From positions 576,001 to 640,000 of the forward strand of contig JASGJH010000001.1 of the NCBI GenBank assembly GCA_047601445.1: a stretch of DNA of 64,000 nucleotides. The letters are read 5' to 3'. Each line of letters begins with the position of its first letter. Position 1 is the first letter of the stretch. The translations under genes and the position numbers were made by a program. The notes beneath the pieces are model-generated. The model saw only the letters and a program-made list of their open reading frames with translations. It made no database searches and was not told the DNA's origin. This stretch comes from Myxococcales bacterium. Its GTDB lineage: Bacteria; Myxococcota_A; Polyangia; Polyangiales; DASUME01. Positions 1 through 10,259 of this stretch are shown here, one piece after another.

Positions 1-714
1 GCAGCTCCCGCCAAGACGGTCCAGGTCGTCGAGTACACCCCGCGCAAGCCGGTGGTTCAGCGTCCGCCCGAGCCTACCCATGAAGAGCGCGCGGCACGCG
101 CCGACGCGCGCGTGGCGGTGCGAGGCATCGAAGGCACGCTCTCGAACTACGACGTGCGCTACACGATGGAGAAGCGAGGCGCAGAGTTCGGCGCTTGTCA
201 CGAGCCGCGCGCGCGCCGCATGCCTCGCCTCGCTGGGAACATCGAGTTCGCCATCAAGGTCACGCCCGAGGGGGCCGTGAGCCAGGTCCAGGTACGCAAC
301 TCGGACGTGGGTGATCGCGCTCTCGAGCGCTGCTTCGTCGACGTGATCTCGAGCACGCCCTTTCCGCGTCCCAACGGCGGTGAGGCCAACGTGACCTGGA
401 GCATGATCCTGGGACCGTTGCGCCCCGGCAAGGACCCTGAGCTTTGGGAGCAGCAGCGCATCGAACGTGTGTTGGCCAAGGAGGCTCCCGAGCTGCGCGA
501 GAGTTGTGCGGTCCCGACCGACGGCTCCTATCTGATCACGGCCTGGGTGAACAAGCGGGGGCGTGTGGTGACGGCCGGTGTCTCTGCGCCGAACGGCAGC
601 GAGCCCGCCACGCTCGACTGCTTGGCCCAGGGCCTGCGCTCCTGGAAAATGCCCAAGCCCAGGAAGAACACGCTCGCCAAGATTAGCTTTCCGCTCGGCT
701 CTCAAGAGATGTGA
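1..714 (+). CDS. AgmX/PglI C-terminal (TonB-C-like) domain protein, 5'-partial, two tandem domains
   Basis: Frame is open from base 1. Two repeats of the pattern C..(G)..F.I/V...G.V.......C......W/F.FP.P typical of myxobacterial TonB-C/AgmX domains. Confidence 0.65.
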   Translation, partial: AAPAKTVQVVEYTPRKPVVQRPPEPTHEERAARADARVAVRGIEGTLSNYDVRYTMEKRGAEFGACHEPRARRMPRLAGNIEFAIKVTPEGAVSQVQVRNSDVGDRALERCFVDVISSTPFPRPNGGEANVTWSMILGPLRPGKDPELWEQQRIERVLAKEAPELRESCAVPTDGSYLITAWVNKRGRVVTAGVSAPNGSEPATLDCLAQGLRSWKMPKPRKNTLAKISFPLGSQEM

Positions 715-2200
715 AGCGCCGCGATGGCAGCGGCCAGGTGTGCACGGGCCGTCCGCTTTCCCCCAGGGCCAGGTAGTGCTCGAGGGCGGCCACGAAGGCC
801 TCGTTCATGGGCAGGGAGCGCGCGTGGTGTTCGAGCAGCGCGCGCTGCACTTGGGCGCCGGTGTGCATCGACTCGGTGCGCAGCCGGATCAGCTCCAAAA
901 AGGGGCCATAATCGCTCTCGTGCACGCCCGCCGAGGCGAGTCCTCGAGCGGCCTCGGGTAGCAGCCAGAACACCAGCTCGCGGGCGCCTCGCGCGCGTAA
1001 GGAACCGTGGGCGTCGGGCCAGCTCAGCTCGGCGAGCAGGCCGCGCTTGGCAGCGGCGTAGAAGTTCCGGGACGCGGCCTCGAAGGGCATGACGCGCACG
1101 AGCTCGTCCATGTGCTCCGCGAGGCTCAGCGTGAGCCCGAGCGTGAAGGCCGCGTTGGCCACCATGTCTGCGACCGTGGGGCCGGCCGGCAAGGAGCGAT
1201 GCTCGATCCGGAGGTGTCCGCCGTCCACGGGATCGTACACCGCGCGGTTCCAGCTCCAGACCGTGCTGTGGTGAAGCCTGAGTACCTCGAGCTCGGGAGC
1301 TTGGCCGTGCGCGAGCTGGCTGAAGGGGTCGTCGCCGCGCGTCACAGGTAGCACCACGTCGTGATCGATGGCGCCGCCCATGAAGGGGTCGATGGGATGC
1401 GCGATCCAGTTCTTTCCGAAGGAGACCCGTGAGCGCCCGCGCTCGGACTCTCGCGGATCGGTACGCACGTCGACCGCCTGCTTGAAGAGCGCCACCCGGG
1501 TCTCCTCCCACAATCGATGCTGCGCAAAGAAAGGTGAGTTGCCGGCCACCGCTAGCACCGGGGCCGCCGCCAGCTGGGCCGCGTTGTAGTGGTGCACAAA
1601 GCTGTGGGCCGGCACGCGCAGGTGAATCTGGAAGGAGGTGTTGGCGCCCTCCAGGCTCACGTCGTCTACCCTTAGCTGCAAGCTGTCTCGGCCCTCGATG
1701 TGCACGCGAAAGGGCTCGCCGCGCTTGCGTCGCAGGGCCTTGGAGAGCGCATGGTAGCGAGGCCGGTCGCTGAAGGCCTGCAGCCCCAGATCGTCGAGCC
1801 GCAGGGTCGGCAGGATGCCCACGATGGCGACGCGCGCTCCTTGCTCGGCTGCGGCCGAGCGCAGGCGGGCCACGGCACGCTCCAACTGCGAGCGCATGTC
1901 GGCGAAGGGACGTCCGCGCAACAGGGCGGGCTGCGCGTTGAACTCGAGGTTGAAGCGATTGATCTCGACCGTCACCTGCGGATCGGCGAGACGGGCGAGG
2001 ACCTCCTCATTGCATGCCTTGGGTTGCCCGGCGTCGTCGATGAGGTTCACCTCGAGCTCCGTGCCCACGCTGAGCGGTCCCAGACCGAAGTCCCGGCGCG
2101 AGAGGACCTGCGCGAGGGCGCCGAGATCCGCTGCGAGACGATCCCGGAAGCGCACGTAATCGTGGGGGGAGAAGTCGGTGCGATCGATCGAAATGCCCAT
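683..2200 (-). CDS. Glutamate--cysteine ligase family (GCS2-like) protein
   Basis: Motifs GTELEVNL, EINRFNLE, SFQIHL, WSWNR, LRIEHRSLPAGPT. Start taken at MGISID (2200). Confidence 0.8.
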   Translation of the reverse strand: MGISIDRTDFSPHDYVRFRDRLAADLGALAQVLSRRDFGLGPLSVGTELEVNLIDDAGQPKACNEEVLARLADPQVTVEINRFNLEFNAQPALLRGRPFADMRSQLERAVARLRSAAAEQGARVAIVGILPTLRLDDLGLQAFSDRPRYHALSKALRRKRGEPFRVHIEGRDSLQLRVDDVSLEGANTSFQIHLRVPAHSFVHHYNAAQLAAAPVLAVAGNSPFFAQHRLWEETRVALFKQAVDVRTDPRESERGRSRVSFGKNWIAHPIDPFMGGAIDHDVVLPVTRGDDPFSQLAHGQAPELEVLRLHHSTVWSWNRAVYDPVDGGHLRIEHRSLPAGPTVADMVANAAFTLGLTLSLAEHMDELVRVMPFEAASRNFYAAAKRGLLAELSWPDAHGSLRARGARELVFWLLPEAARGLASAGVHESDYGPFLELIRLRTESMHTGAQVQRALLEHHARSLPMNEAFVAALEHYLALGESGRPVHTWPLPSRRFTSLESRAES

Positions 2201-2301
2201 TGCGTCTGGCTGGAAGTAGGCGCTGCCAGCGCCCTCGCTATGCAAGGGAAGCGCGGGCAGGGGGCCTTGCGCATCGCGCTCACGATCCTATTTTCAGTCG
2301 T

Positions 2302-3276
2302 ATGATCCAAAACTGGTCGGCTCGCCATCTCGCGATAATTGCGACTGTTTTTGTGTCGGCATGCACGCGCGAGCCGGTCATCTCCGAGGGCGCCTTCCAG
2401 GGAGTGGTGGAGCTCGATGTGATCACGCTTTCCTTCGAGGTCCCGGGACGCGTCGAGCGCGTGAACGTCGCGGAGGGGCAGGCCTTGCAGGGCGCCACCG
2501 TGCTGGCCGAGCTCGACGAGACCATGGCGCGCGCAGAGCGTGAGGCGCGCGCGGCGGATCTGGAGGCTGCCAAGGCGCAGCTGGAGCTACTCGAGGCTGG
2601 CGCGCGCAGCGAGGACATCAAGGCCATCGAGGTGGAGCTCAACAGCGTGCGCGACCAGGAGGTCGTGCTCGCGCGCCAACGTCAGCGGCAGGAGCAGCTC
2701 ACGCGCAGCGGCGCCGCGGCCAGCGCCAGCCTCGATGACCTGGACACGCGCGCGAGTACGCTGGCTGGTCGACGCGACGTGTTGGAGCAGCGTCTGCGCG
2801 GCATGCGGGCCGGCGCGCGCCGGCAGGAACTCGAGGCCGCGCGCGCCAAGGTCAAGGCCCTCGAAGCCGCGCTATTGGCCGCCGACGTGCGGCTCGGACG
2901 CTTCAAGCTCGGCTACGAGGGAAGCGCCGAGGTCCTTGAGAACCATGTCAAAGGCGGGGAGTACGTGAACGCGGGCGCCCCTGCTTTCACCATCGCGGAC
3001 CTGGACCATCCGTACGTGGACATCTTCGTGCCCCAGGCCCACATCGCTTCGATTCACGTCGGGATGCCGATGTCGGTCCGGGTGGATTCGCTCGCGCGAG
3101 CGGTGGCGGGCAAGGTGGAGCGGGTGGGGCGGCAGACCGAGTTCACGCCACGCTTTCTCTTCAGCGAGAAGGAGCGCGTGAATCTGGTGATTCGCGTGCG
3201 CGTACGAGTGGAGGATCGCAAGCACGAGCTGAAGGCGGGCGTACCGGCATTCGTGAAAATGGGGGAGGCATCATGA
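2302..3276 (+). CDS. HlyD-family efflux periplasmic adaptor
   Basis: Lipobox-like VSAC, lipoyl-like half motifs around a coiled coil, C-terminal EFTP motif; first gene of an ABC operon. Confidence 0.85.
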   Translation: MIQNWSARHLAIIATVFVSACTREPVISEGAFQGVVELDVITLSFEVPGRVERVNVAEGQALQGATVLAELDETMARAEREARAADLEAAKAQLELLEAGARSEDIKAIEVELNSVRDQEVVLARQRQRQEQLTRSGAAASASLDDLDTRASTLAGRRDVLEQRLRGMRAGARRQELEAARAKVKALEAALLAADVRLGRFKLGYEGSAEVLENHVKGGEYVNAGAPAFTIADLDHPYVDIFVPQAHIASIHVGMPMSVRVDSLARAVAGKVERVGRQTEFTPRFLFSEKERVNLVIRVRVRVEDRKHELKAGVPAFVKMGEAS

Positions 3277-4286
3277 GCTCGCCAGAGCGAGAGGGAGCGC
3301 CTGCGCAACGCGAACTGGTGATCCAGATATCGCATCTGTCGCGTCGGTTCGGCTCGATCATGGCGGTGCGCGATGTTTCCCTCGAGGTGCGCCGCGGCGA
3401 AATCTTCGGGGTTCTCGGGCCCAACGGTGCAGGCAAATCCACCACCATTCGCATGCTGTGCGGCATCCTCGATCCGAGCGGAGGCAGCGGCATGGTGGTC
3501 GGCTACGACCTCTTGACGCAGTCCGAGCTGATCAAGACGCGCATCGGCTACATGACTCAGCGCTTCAGCCTCTACGAGGACCTGACGGTGGAGGAGAACC
3601 TGCGCTTCTACGCGGGGATCTACGGGGTCAAGCGTGCCGAACGCAAGCAACGCATCGAGGCCATCCTGGCGCGTACCGGCCTGGGCGAGCGTCGGCAGCA
3701 AATCGCGGGCACGCTCTCGGGAGGTTGGAAGCAACGCGTGGCGCTGGCCTGCTCCACCGTGCACGAGCCGCCGCTCCTGTTCCTGGATGAGCCGACGGCA
3801 GGCGTGGACCCGGTGAGCCGCCGTCAGTTCTGGAACCAGATCCACCGGGTGGCTGCCGAAGGAACCACCGTGGTGGTGACCACGCACTACATGGACGAAG
3901 CCGAGCGTTGCCATCGCCTGGCCTTCATCTTCCGTGGCGAAGTGCTGGCGGTGGGCACACCGCGCGAAGTGGTCGAGGCGCGCGGTCTGTCGGTGGTCGA
4001 GGTGGTCTGCGAGGAGTCGGTGCGCGCTGCGGACGCGCTCCACGATCATGGTGTGGTCGACGAAGTCACGTTCCTCGGCGAGGTCATGCGTGTGGCCCTG
4101 CGCGGATGTGCCGACCCGGAGGGCTTCGTGCGCGCGAGACTCGAGGAGCACGGGATTCCCTTTCGCGACCTGCACGTGGGGCGCGCCAACGTGGAGGACG
4201 CCTTCGTGTCCATGGTGCGCGCCGAACAAGCCCGCGAAGATGCCGCGGCCGCGCACGGTGCGGGGCAAGTCAGGAGCACGTCATGA
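3273..4286 (+). CDS. ABC transporter ATP-binding protein
   Basis: Walker A GPNGAGKS, LSGG signature, LDEPT, TTH; overlaps the upstream stop (ATGA). Confidence 0.95.
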   Translation: MSSPEREGAPAQRELVIQISHLSRRFGSIMAVRDVSLEVRRGEIFGVLGPNGAGKSTTIRMLCGILDPSGGSGMVVGYDLLTQSELIKTRIGYMTQRFSLYEDLTVEENLRFYAGIYGVKRAERKQRIEAILARTGLGERRQQIAGTLSGGWKQRVALACSTVHEPPLLFLDEPTAGVDPVSRRQFWNQIHRVAAEGTTVVVTTHYMDEAERCHRLAFIFRGEVLAVGTPREVVEARGLSVVEVVCEESVRAADALHDHGVVDEVTFLGEVMRVALRGCADPEGFVRARLEEHGIPFRDLHVGRANVEDAFVSMVRAEQAREDAAAAHGAGQVRSTS

Positions 4287-5407
4287 CGCGCTTCTTGGCC
4301 ATCGCTTGGAAAGAGCTGATTCAGCTGCGCCGCGACAAGCCGACGCTGGCGATGATGGCGGCTTTGCCCGTGATGCAGTTGATGCTTTTCGGGTACGCCA
4401 TCAACACCGATGTCCGCAACATTCCCACGGTGATCTACGACCAAGATCGCTCGGCCGAGTCTCGCGATTTCGTGCGGCGCCTGGAGGTCACGGGCTTTTA
4501 TACGCTCAAGGGCAACGTGCAGAGCTACGACGAGGTCCAGCGCGAGATGCGCTCGGGCCGCGCGCGTGTGTCGGTGGTCCTGCCTCCCGATTTCTCCGAG
4601 CGCCTCCATGCGGGGCAGGGCACGGCTGTCCAGTTGGTGGTGGATGGCTCGGATCCACAGACGGTCGCCAGCGCCACCAACACCGCCGCATCCTTGTCGA
4701 TCTCGCGCTCGCTCGAGCTGATGGTGCAGCGTCTCTCGCACAGCGCGCTGCACGTCAATCCCAATCCCATCTCGCTCGAGCCCGTGACTTGGTACAACCC
4801 GGAGCTGCGCACCGCGGTCTACGTGGTACCCGGCTTGGTCGGGGTCATCCTGACGATGACCATGATCATGCTCACCTCGATGGCCATCGCCCGTGAGCGC
4901 GAGCGCGGCACGCTCGAGCAGCTGATCGTCTCGCCGGTGCGCCGGATCGAGTTGATCGTCGGCAAGATCGCGCCCTATGTGGTCATCGGCTATCTGCAGA
5001 TGTCGATCGTCTTCCTGGTGGGGCGTGTGGTCTTCCGGATGCCCTTCGCAGGCTCCATCGGGCTCTTGTACAGCTTGGCCTCGGTGTTCATCGCGGCGAA
5101 CCTCGCGCTCGGCCTGTTCTTCTCGACCCTCGCGCGCACCCAGCAACAAGCCATGCAGATGTCGTTCTTCTTCATGCTCCCCAACATCTTGCTGAGCGGC
5201 TTCATGTTTCCCTTCGAAGCCATGCCCAGACCCGCGCAGTGGCTCTCGCAGGCGCTCCCCCTCACGCACTTCATGCGCATCGTCCGCGGCATCATCCTCA
5301 AGGGCGCCGGGTTCTCCGACGTGGCGTCCGAGCTGGTCTGGCTCGCTTGCATCCTCGGCGTGCTGATCACGCTGGCGGCGCTCCGCTTCACCAAGAAGCT
5401 GGTGTAG
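4283..5407 (+). CDS. ABC-2 type permease (YbhR/S-like)
   Basis: KELIQLRRD, ARERERGTLEQL, LLSGFMFP motifs and multiple TM segments. Confidence 0.92.
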   Translation: MTRFLAIAWKELIQLRRDKPTLAMMAALPVMQLMLFGYAINTDVRNIPTVIYDQDRSAESRDFVRRLEVTGFYTLKGNVQSYDEVQREMRSGRARVSVVLPPDFSERLHAGQGTAVQLVVDGSDPQTVASATNTAASLSISRSLELMVQRLSHSALHVNPNPISLEPVTWYNPELRTAVYVVPGLVGVILTMTMIMLTSMAIARERERGTLEQLIVSPVRRIELIVGKIAPYVVIGYLQMSIVFLVGRVVFRMPFAGSIGLLYSLASVFIAANLALGLFFSTLARTQQQAMQMSFFFMLPNILLSGFMFPFEAMPRPAQWLSQALPLTHFMRIVRGIILKGAGFSDVASELVWLACILGVLITLAALRFTKKLV

Positions 5408-5409
5408 CC

Positions 5410-6039
5410 GTGGCGCGTCCCGCGAGCGACATCGCCGAGCGCGTCGTGGTGGCTGCCCGCGCCCGTTTCTTGGCCGAGGGAGTGGCTGGCGCATCGCTGC
5501 GCGCGATCGCGCGTGACGCGGGCACCAACCTGGGCATGGTCTACTACTACTTCTCCACCAAGGACGCGTTGTTCATGGCCGTGGTGGAGGAGGTGTACGC
5601 CAAGCTGCTCGACGACCTGGCCCGGGTGCTGGCGGCCGCGGGCCCGAACTTGGAGCGACAGGTGCGGGCGCTGTACGGCCGGCTCGCCGAGCTGAGCGAG
5701 CTGGAGGTCGATGTCCTCGGATTGGTCCTGCGGGAGGCACTTGGCTCCTCGAGCCGGGCGGCTGGCCTGTTCGCGCGCTTTGCGCGTGGGCACATCCCCC
5801 TTTTGGTGAGCGTGTTCACGCAGGCCCAGGCACGGGACGAGGCTCGGCGCGAGTTGCCCCCGCTGGTGCTGGTGATCGGGACGCTCGCCGCGGGGATCCT
5901 GCCCCAGTTGCTGCGGCGCCGCCTCGAGACGGCCGAGGTGCCCGTTTCGGACCTGCTACCCGGCCCAAAGGAGTTGGCTGATTTGCTGTCAAAGTTGGTT
6001 CTCAACGGAATGTCAAAAAGTGTCGACAAGCGTTGGTGA
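5410..6039 (+). CDS. TetR/AcrR family regulator
   Basis: N-terminal HTH ASLRAIARDAGTNLGMVYYYFSTKDAL; GTG start 3 nt after the permease stop. Confidence 0.9.
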   Translation: MARPASDIAERVVVAARARFLAEGVAGASLRAIARDAGTNLGMVYYYFSTKDALFMAVVEEVYAKLLDDLARVLAAAGPNLERQVRALYGRLAELSELEVDVLGLVLREALGSSSRAAGLFARFARGHIPLLVSVFTQAQARDEARRELPPLVLVIGTLAAGILPQLLRRRLETAEVPVSDLLPGPKELADLLSKLVLNGMSKSVDKRW

Positions 6040-6095
6040 AACTCGCTCGTGGTGAATCGGAAACGTAAGCTCCGAGTCGAGGCCTCCGGTCCAGA

Positions 6096-9000
6096 TTGAC
6101 CGACCCAGTCGGTGAGGCCAGACAAGCGCCCTTTCGGACACCCCGGGGGCGCTCAGACGTTCCCGGAATCGAAGCAGGCGGAGCTCCCGTGATATTCGAA
6201 GACCCCTCTCGTAGGCGATGGCGTGCGGCCGTAGCTGGATTCGTGCTCATCGTCAGCGGCGTGCTCGGCGTGATCGCGCTGGCCGCCATGGGCGTGCTGA
6301 CGCCGGTCGACCTTCCGAACATCTTCGAGAAGCGTCCCAGTGTGAGGGCGCGGGAGCTGAGCCGCTGGCACGACAGCTACGTCAAGCCGGTCTACTCGGC
6401 CAAGCAGATGAAGGTGCTGGCACGTAAGCGCGCGGTGGAGCAGCGTCGACGCGCCAAGGTGGTGCAGGACGCGGCCGACACCGTGCTACCCCTGCCCGAG
6501 CACGCCGTGGTGGCCTTCAGCGTGCGCGATGACTCGGCTGCACAGGCGTCCCTGGAGCGGCACATCAAAGAGATCGACGTCGTGATCCCCGACTGGTTCA
6601 GCGCGGCAGGGCCGGGCTGCGCCATCGAGGAGCATATCGACGCACCGAGCCAGCGCATCTTGGCCAGCACCGACGTGCTCGTGCTGCCGCGCATCGCGAA
6701 CCTCTCGGGCCAGACCTGGCGAGGTGAGTCCTTCGCCGCGATGATGCGCGACGACGTCCAGCGCGGCTGTTTCGTCGACAAGCTGACGAAGCGCCTGGTG
6801 GATCTGGGAGCCGATGGCGTCAACGTCGACGTGGAGGAGTTGGCGCCCGAGGATTCCGAGCCGCTGCTCGAGCTGCTGGTGGATCTCAAGAACGCGCTGC
6901 ACGCCCGCGGTATGCGCCTGACGGTGGACGTCGCCTTCTACGATACGGCCTACGACCTCGAGTTCATCGGGCAGGTGGCCGACGCTGTGTTCGTGATGGG
7001 GTACGACCAGCACTATCCGGCCTCCGAGCCGGGGCCGGTGTCCGGTCGCAAGTGGTTCAATGAGTCGGTCCAGGCGGCGCTCACGCGCGTCAATGCGGAC
7101 CGCCTGGTCGTGGCCATCGGCGCCTACTGTTACGACTGGATCGTCGCGGAGAACGCGCCCGCCGCGGAGAGCCTCTCCTTCCGCGAGGCCATGGACCGCG
7201 CACGGGCGGCCGGGGCGGTGCCGGAGTTCGAGCGCGACGCCGAGAACGCGCGTTTCGGATACAGCGACGCGCAACAGCAGGTCCACGAAGTATGGTGCCA
7301 GGACGCGCTGAGCGCCTGGAACCAGACGGCCACGCTGGCCGACCACGGCATCTCGCGGGTGGCGTTGTGGCGCCTGGGAACCGAAGACGAGACTCTGTGG
7401 AGCTTCCTGGGCGCGAAGCAGCGGCCGGCGGCCGCGAGCGTGCTGTCCACGATTCAGCAGACCCGCTCGGTGGACTTGTTCGGAGAAGGCGAGGTGCTCA
7501 CCATCCGTTCCGAGCCCACGCCCGGCAAGCGCTCCATGGAGGTGGACGGTCGTAACCGTGTCTCCTACGCGCGCTACGAACAGGCGCCCACGGGCTTCCT
7601 GGTCGAGCGGCGCGGGTCGCAGGCCAAGGACCTCGTGCTCACCTTCGACGACGGACCTGACCCGAAATGGACGCCGGGGGTGTTGAAGGCGCTCAAGGAG
7701 CTGGAAGTCCCCGGTACGTTCTTCGTGGTCGGCGATCAGGCCATGCAGTATCCGGATTTGGTCGCGGACATCGATCGCGCGGGTCACCTGATCGGCAATC
7801 ACACCTTCAGCCATCCCCATCTCGATCGACTGACGCCCGCCGAAACCGTGGTGGAGCTCAACGCCACCGCACGCTTGCTCGAGGGCCTCACGGGCACGCG
7901 CTCGCCGCTGTTCCGCGCGCCGTACACGGCCAACGTCGACCCGAGTCGGCCCGAGGACCTGGGCCCCCTGCGCGTTGCCCTGCAGAACGGCTATGTGTTC
8001 GTTGGCGCCAACGTGGACCCGCTCGACTGGGACTCGCCTGGACCTCAGGTCATCGCGCAGCGCATGGTGGAGCAAGCGGAGCAGGGGGGACGCGTCGTCT
8101 TGTTGCACGACGGCGGCGGCGAGCGCGCGGATACCATCGCGGCCCTGCGCATCGCGGTGCCCGAGCTGCGCAAGCGCGGCTACCGCTTCGTGTCGGTGGA
8201 TCAGTACATGGGCGTTGCGCGCGCCGAGCTCGTGGAGCCCCTGAGCCCCAAGGAACACGCCCTGGCGTGGGGAAACCTCAGTGTGGCGCGCGCGCGTAGC
8301 TGGGGTTGGCTGTTGCTCGAGCTACTGTTCGTGGGCTGCACGATTCTCGCCGTGGTGCGTGTGATCATGCTGGGCGCGCTTACGCTCGCCCAGGCGCGAA
8401 AGCGCGAGACCACGCGCCGTGAAGGTTACGAGCCGCTGGTGACGGTACTGGTCCCCGCGTTCAACGAGGGACTCGTCATCGACCGCACCATCGACACGCT
8501 GCTCAACACGGGATACGAGAAGCTCGAAATCCTGATCATCGACGACGGCTCCAGCGACGACACGGCAGAGGTCGTGGAGCAGCGCTCGCTCAAGGACGCG
8601 CGCGTGCGCCTCTTGCGTAAGGCCAACGGCGGTAAGGCCCACGCGGCCAACGCAGGCCTTGCAGTGGCGAATGGCGAGATCGTCGTGGCGGTGGACGCCG
8701 ACACCTTGATCCTTCCTGGCGCGATCGAGCGTCTCGTGGCGCACTTCGGCGATCCCGAGGTCACTGCGGTCTGCGGCAACGTCGAAGTCGGCAACGTCAA
8801 CTCGTGGCTCACGCGTTTTCAGGCCATCGAGTACGTCACGAGCCAGAACTTCGACCGTCGCGCCTTCGCGCTGCTGAACTCCATCAGCGTGGTCCCGGGA
8901 GCGCTCGGTGCTTGGCGCCGGGACGCGGTGCTCAAGGTGGGGGGCTACAGCTCCGATACGCTCACCGAGGACGCCGACCTGACGCTCACCATGCTGCGCG

Positions 9001-9515
9001 CCGGTGGACGCATCGAGTACGAGCCGCGCGCCGTAGGCCGCACCGAAGCACCCGAGACCGTGAGCGCCCTGCTGAAGCAGCGTTTCCGCTGGACCTACGG
9101 CACCTATCAGTGCCTCGTCAAACACAGGAAGGGCTTCTTCAAGGGCACGCTCGGCTGGGTGGGCATGCCGAACATGGTGGTCTTCCAGGTGCTCTTCGCG
9201 GCGCTCAGCCCCATCGGCGACCTCGTCATGCTGCTCTCGCTGTTCCGCGGCGACGCCGGGGCGTTCTTGGCGGGCTATCTGGTGTTCTTGCTGATGGACG
9301 TATGCGGTTCGCTGCTCGCTTTCATGCTCGACGACAAGCCCAAGCGCTGGCTCTGGATGCTCCTCGTTCAGCGCTTCACCTATCGCCAGCTCATGTACTT
9401 CGTGAGCCTCAAGGCGATGATCGCCGCCCTGCGCGGCGCGCGCCACGGGTGGAAGAAGCTCGAGCGCACCGGAAGCGTTGAGCTTGCTCCTGCCAGCACG
9501 CCGCAGGCCGAATAG
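6096..9515 (+). CDS. Fusion of GH18-like domain, polysaccharide deacetylase and GT2 (PgaC/IcaA-like) glycosyltransferase
   Basis: DGVNVDVE (GH18-like); TFDDGP and HTFSH, LLHDGGG (NodB); DDGS, DADT, TED, QRFRW (processive GT2); C-terminal TM helices. Confidence 0.9.
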   Translation: MTDPVGEARQAPFRTPRGRSDVPGIEAGGAPVIFEDPSRRRWRAAVAGFVLIVSGVLGVIALAAMGVLTPVDLPNIFEKRPSVRARELSRWHDSYVKPVYSAKQMKVLARKRAVEQRRRAKVVQDAADTVLPLPEHAVVAFSVRDDSAAQASLERHIKEIDVVIPDWFSAAGPGCAIEEHIDAPSQRILASTDVLVLPRIANLSGQTWRGESFAAMMRDDVQRGCFVDKLTKRLVDLGADGVNVDVEELAPEDSEPLLELLVDLKNALHARGMRLTVDVAFYDTAYDLEFIGQVADAVFVMGYDQHYPASEPGPVSGRKWFNESVQAALTRVNADRLVVAIGAYCYDWIVAENAPAAESLSFREAMDRARAAGAVPEFERDAENARFGYSDAQQQVHEVWCQDALSAWNQTATLADHGISRVALWRLGTEDETLWSFLGAKQRPAAASVLSTIQQTRSVDLFGEGEVLTIRSEPTPGKRSMEVDGRNRVSYARYEQAPTGFLVERRGSQAKDLVLTFDDGPDPKWTPGVLKALKELEVPGTFFVVGDQAMQYPDLVADIDRAGHLIGNHTFSHPHLDRLTPAETVVELNATARLLEGLTGTRSPLFRAPYTANVDPSRPEDLGPLRVALQNGYVFVGANVDPLDWDSPGPQVIAQRMVEQAEQGGRVVLLHDGGGERADTIAALRIAVPELRKRGYRFVSVDQYMGVARAELVEPLSPKEHALAWGNLSVARARSWGWLLLELLFVGCTILAVVRVIMLGALTLAQARKRETTRREGYEPLVTVLVPAFNEGLVIDRTIDTLLNTGYEKLEILIIDDGSSDDTAEVVEQRSLKDARVRLLRKANGGKAHAANAGLAVANGEIVVAVDADTLILPGAIERLVAHFGDPEVTAVCGNVEVGNVNSWLTRFQAIEYVTSQNFDRRAFALLNSISVVPGALGAWRRDAVLKVGGYSSDTLTEDADLTLTMLRAGGRIEYEPRAVGRTEAPETVSALLKQRFRWTYGTYQCLVKHRKGFFKGTLGWVGMPNMVVFQVLFAALSPIGDLVMLLSLFRGDAGAFLAGYLVFLLMDVCGSLLAFMLDDKPKRWLWMLLVQRFTYRQLMYFVSLKAMIAALRGARHGWKKLERTGSVELAPASTPQAE

Positions 9516-9522
9516 AAGAAAC

Positions 9523-9685
9523 GGCCATCGGCCATCAGCTCTCGGCGAGCCGCCACCAGCGAGCCGCCATGAGCCATCGGCGAGCTGCCATGAGCCCGCG
9601 CGCGGCTTGCCGCATGCTGCTTGCTGGCCGTCCGCTGAGCGCTGATGGCGGCCTGCGGATGGCCGCTTACCGCTTACCGCTTACC
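9523..9685. repeat. Heptamer-periodic imperfect inverted repeat between convergent genes
   Basis: 11 heptamers (ggccatc, ggccatc, agctctc, ggcgagc...) at 9523-9599, then 12 roughly complementary heptamers (...gatggcg, gatggcc, gcttacc x3) at 9602-9685. Confidence 0.75.
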
Positions 9686-10259
9686 GACTCGCGTGCACCA
9701 CGATGATTTCGCGCAGGCGCTTGGAGTCGGACGCGTGCTCGACCTCCACGCGGTACATGCCGGGCTTCTCGACATGGACTTCGAGAGGCGGCGCTTCGGC
9801 AGTGGTCGGGTGCAAGAACTCGTACACGCAGCCTGCGCTGTGGCAGCTCGGCTCCGCCGTGTGCAGCACCTGGCTCGTAGGACTGACCTTGAGGCCGTGG
9901 GGTAGGTCCATGCGCACGGAGGCGAACTCGGCGTCGTGTTGGTCCAGCGAAAGGATCAGCGGCAACGCTGCGTGCCCTTCATCCGGCAGTTCAATCCGGT
10001 GCTCCACGAACGGCTCCTCACCGCCGGTGGGATCGAGCAGCACGAGGTGAGCCGCGATGGCCATGGAAGCCAAGGCGGGCAGGCTCAATCGAAGGTGACT
10101 GAACTTGGTGGAGCGCTTGCGCCGGCGCTCCTGGGCCGCGGCGTTCTCCTGCCTCTCCGCGTCCACCAGCGCTCGCAGCAAGCGGGCCTCGAGCTCCGGC
10201 GTGGGCTCCACCAATCGCACGTTCTTGAGTGCTCTGCGCAAGGGATCGTTGGACTTCAT
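9681..10259 (-). CDS. Putative anti-sigma factor (single TM, C-terminal beta domain with a Cys pair)
   Basis: Coupled directly downstream of an ECF sigma gene; short cytoplasmic N-terminus, TM segment, extracytoplasmic domain. Confidence 0.55.
   Translation of the reverse strand: MKSNDPLRRALKNVRLVEPTPELEARLLRALVDAERQENAAAQERRRKRSTKFSHLRLSLPALASMAIAAHLVLLDPTGGEEPFVEHRIELPDEGHAALPLILSLDQHDAEFASVRMDLPHGLKVSPTSQVLHTAEPSCHSAGCVYEFLHPTTAEAPPLEVHVEKPGMYRVEVEHASDSKRLREIIVVHASR

Noticed and set aside
683..714. Convergent 3' overlaps (also 28668-28688 and 50152-50176)
   Set aside because: Short tail-to-tail overlaps are common in compact GC-rich genomes.
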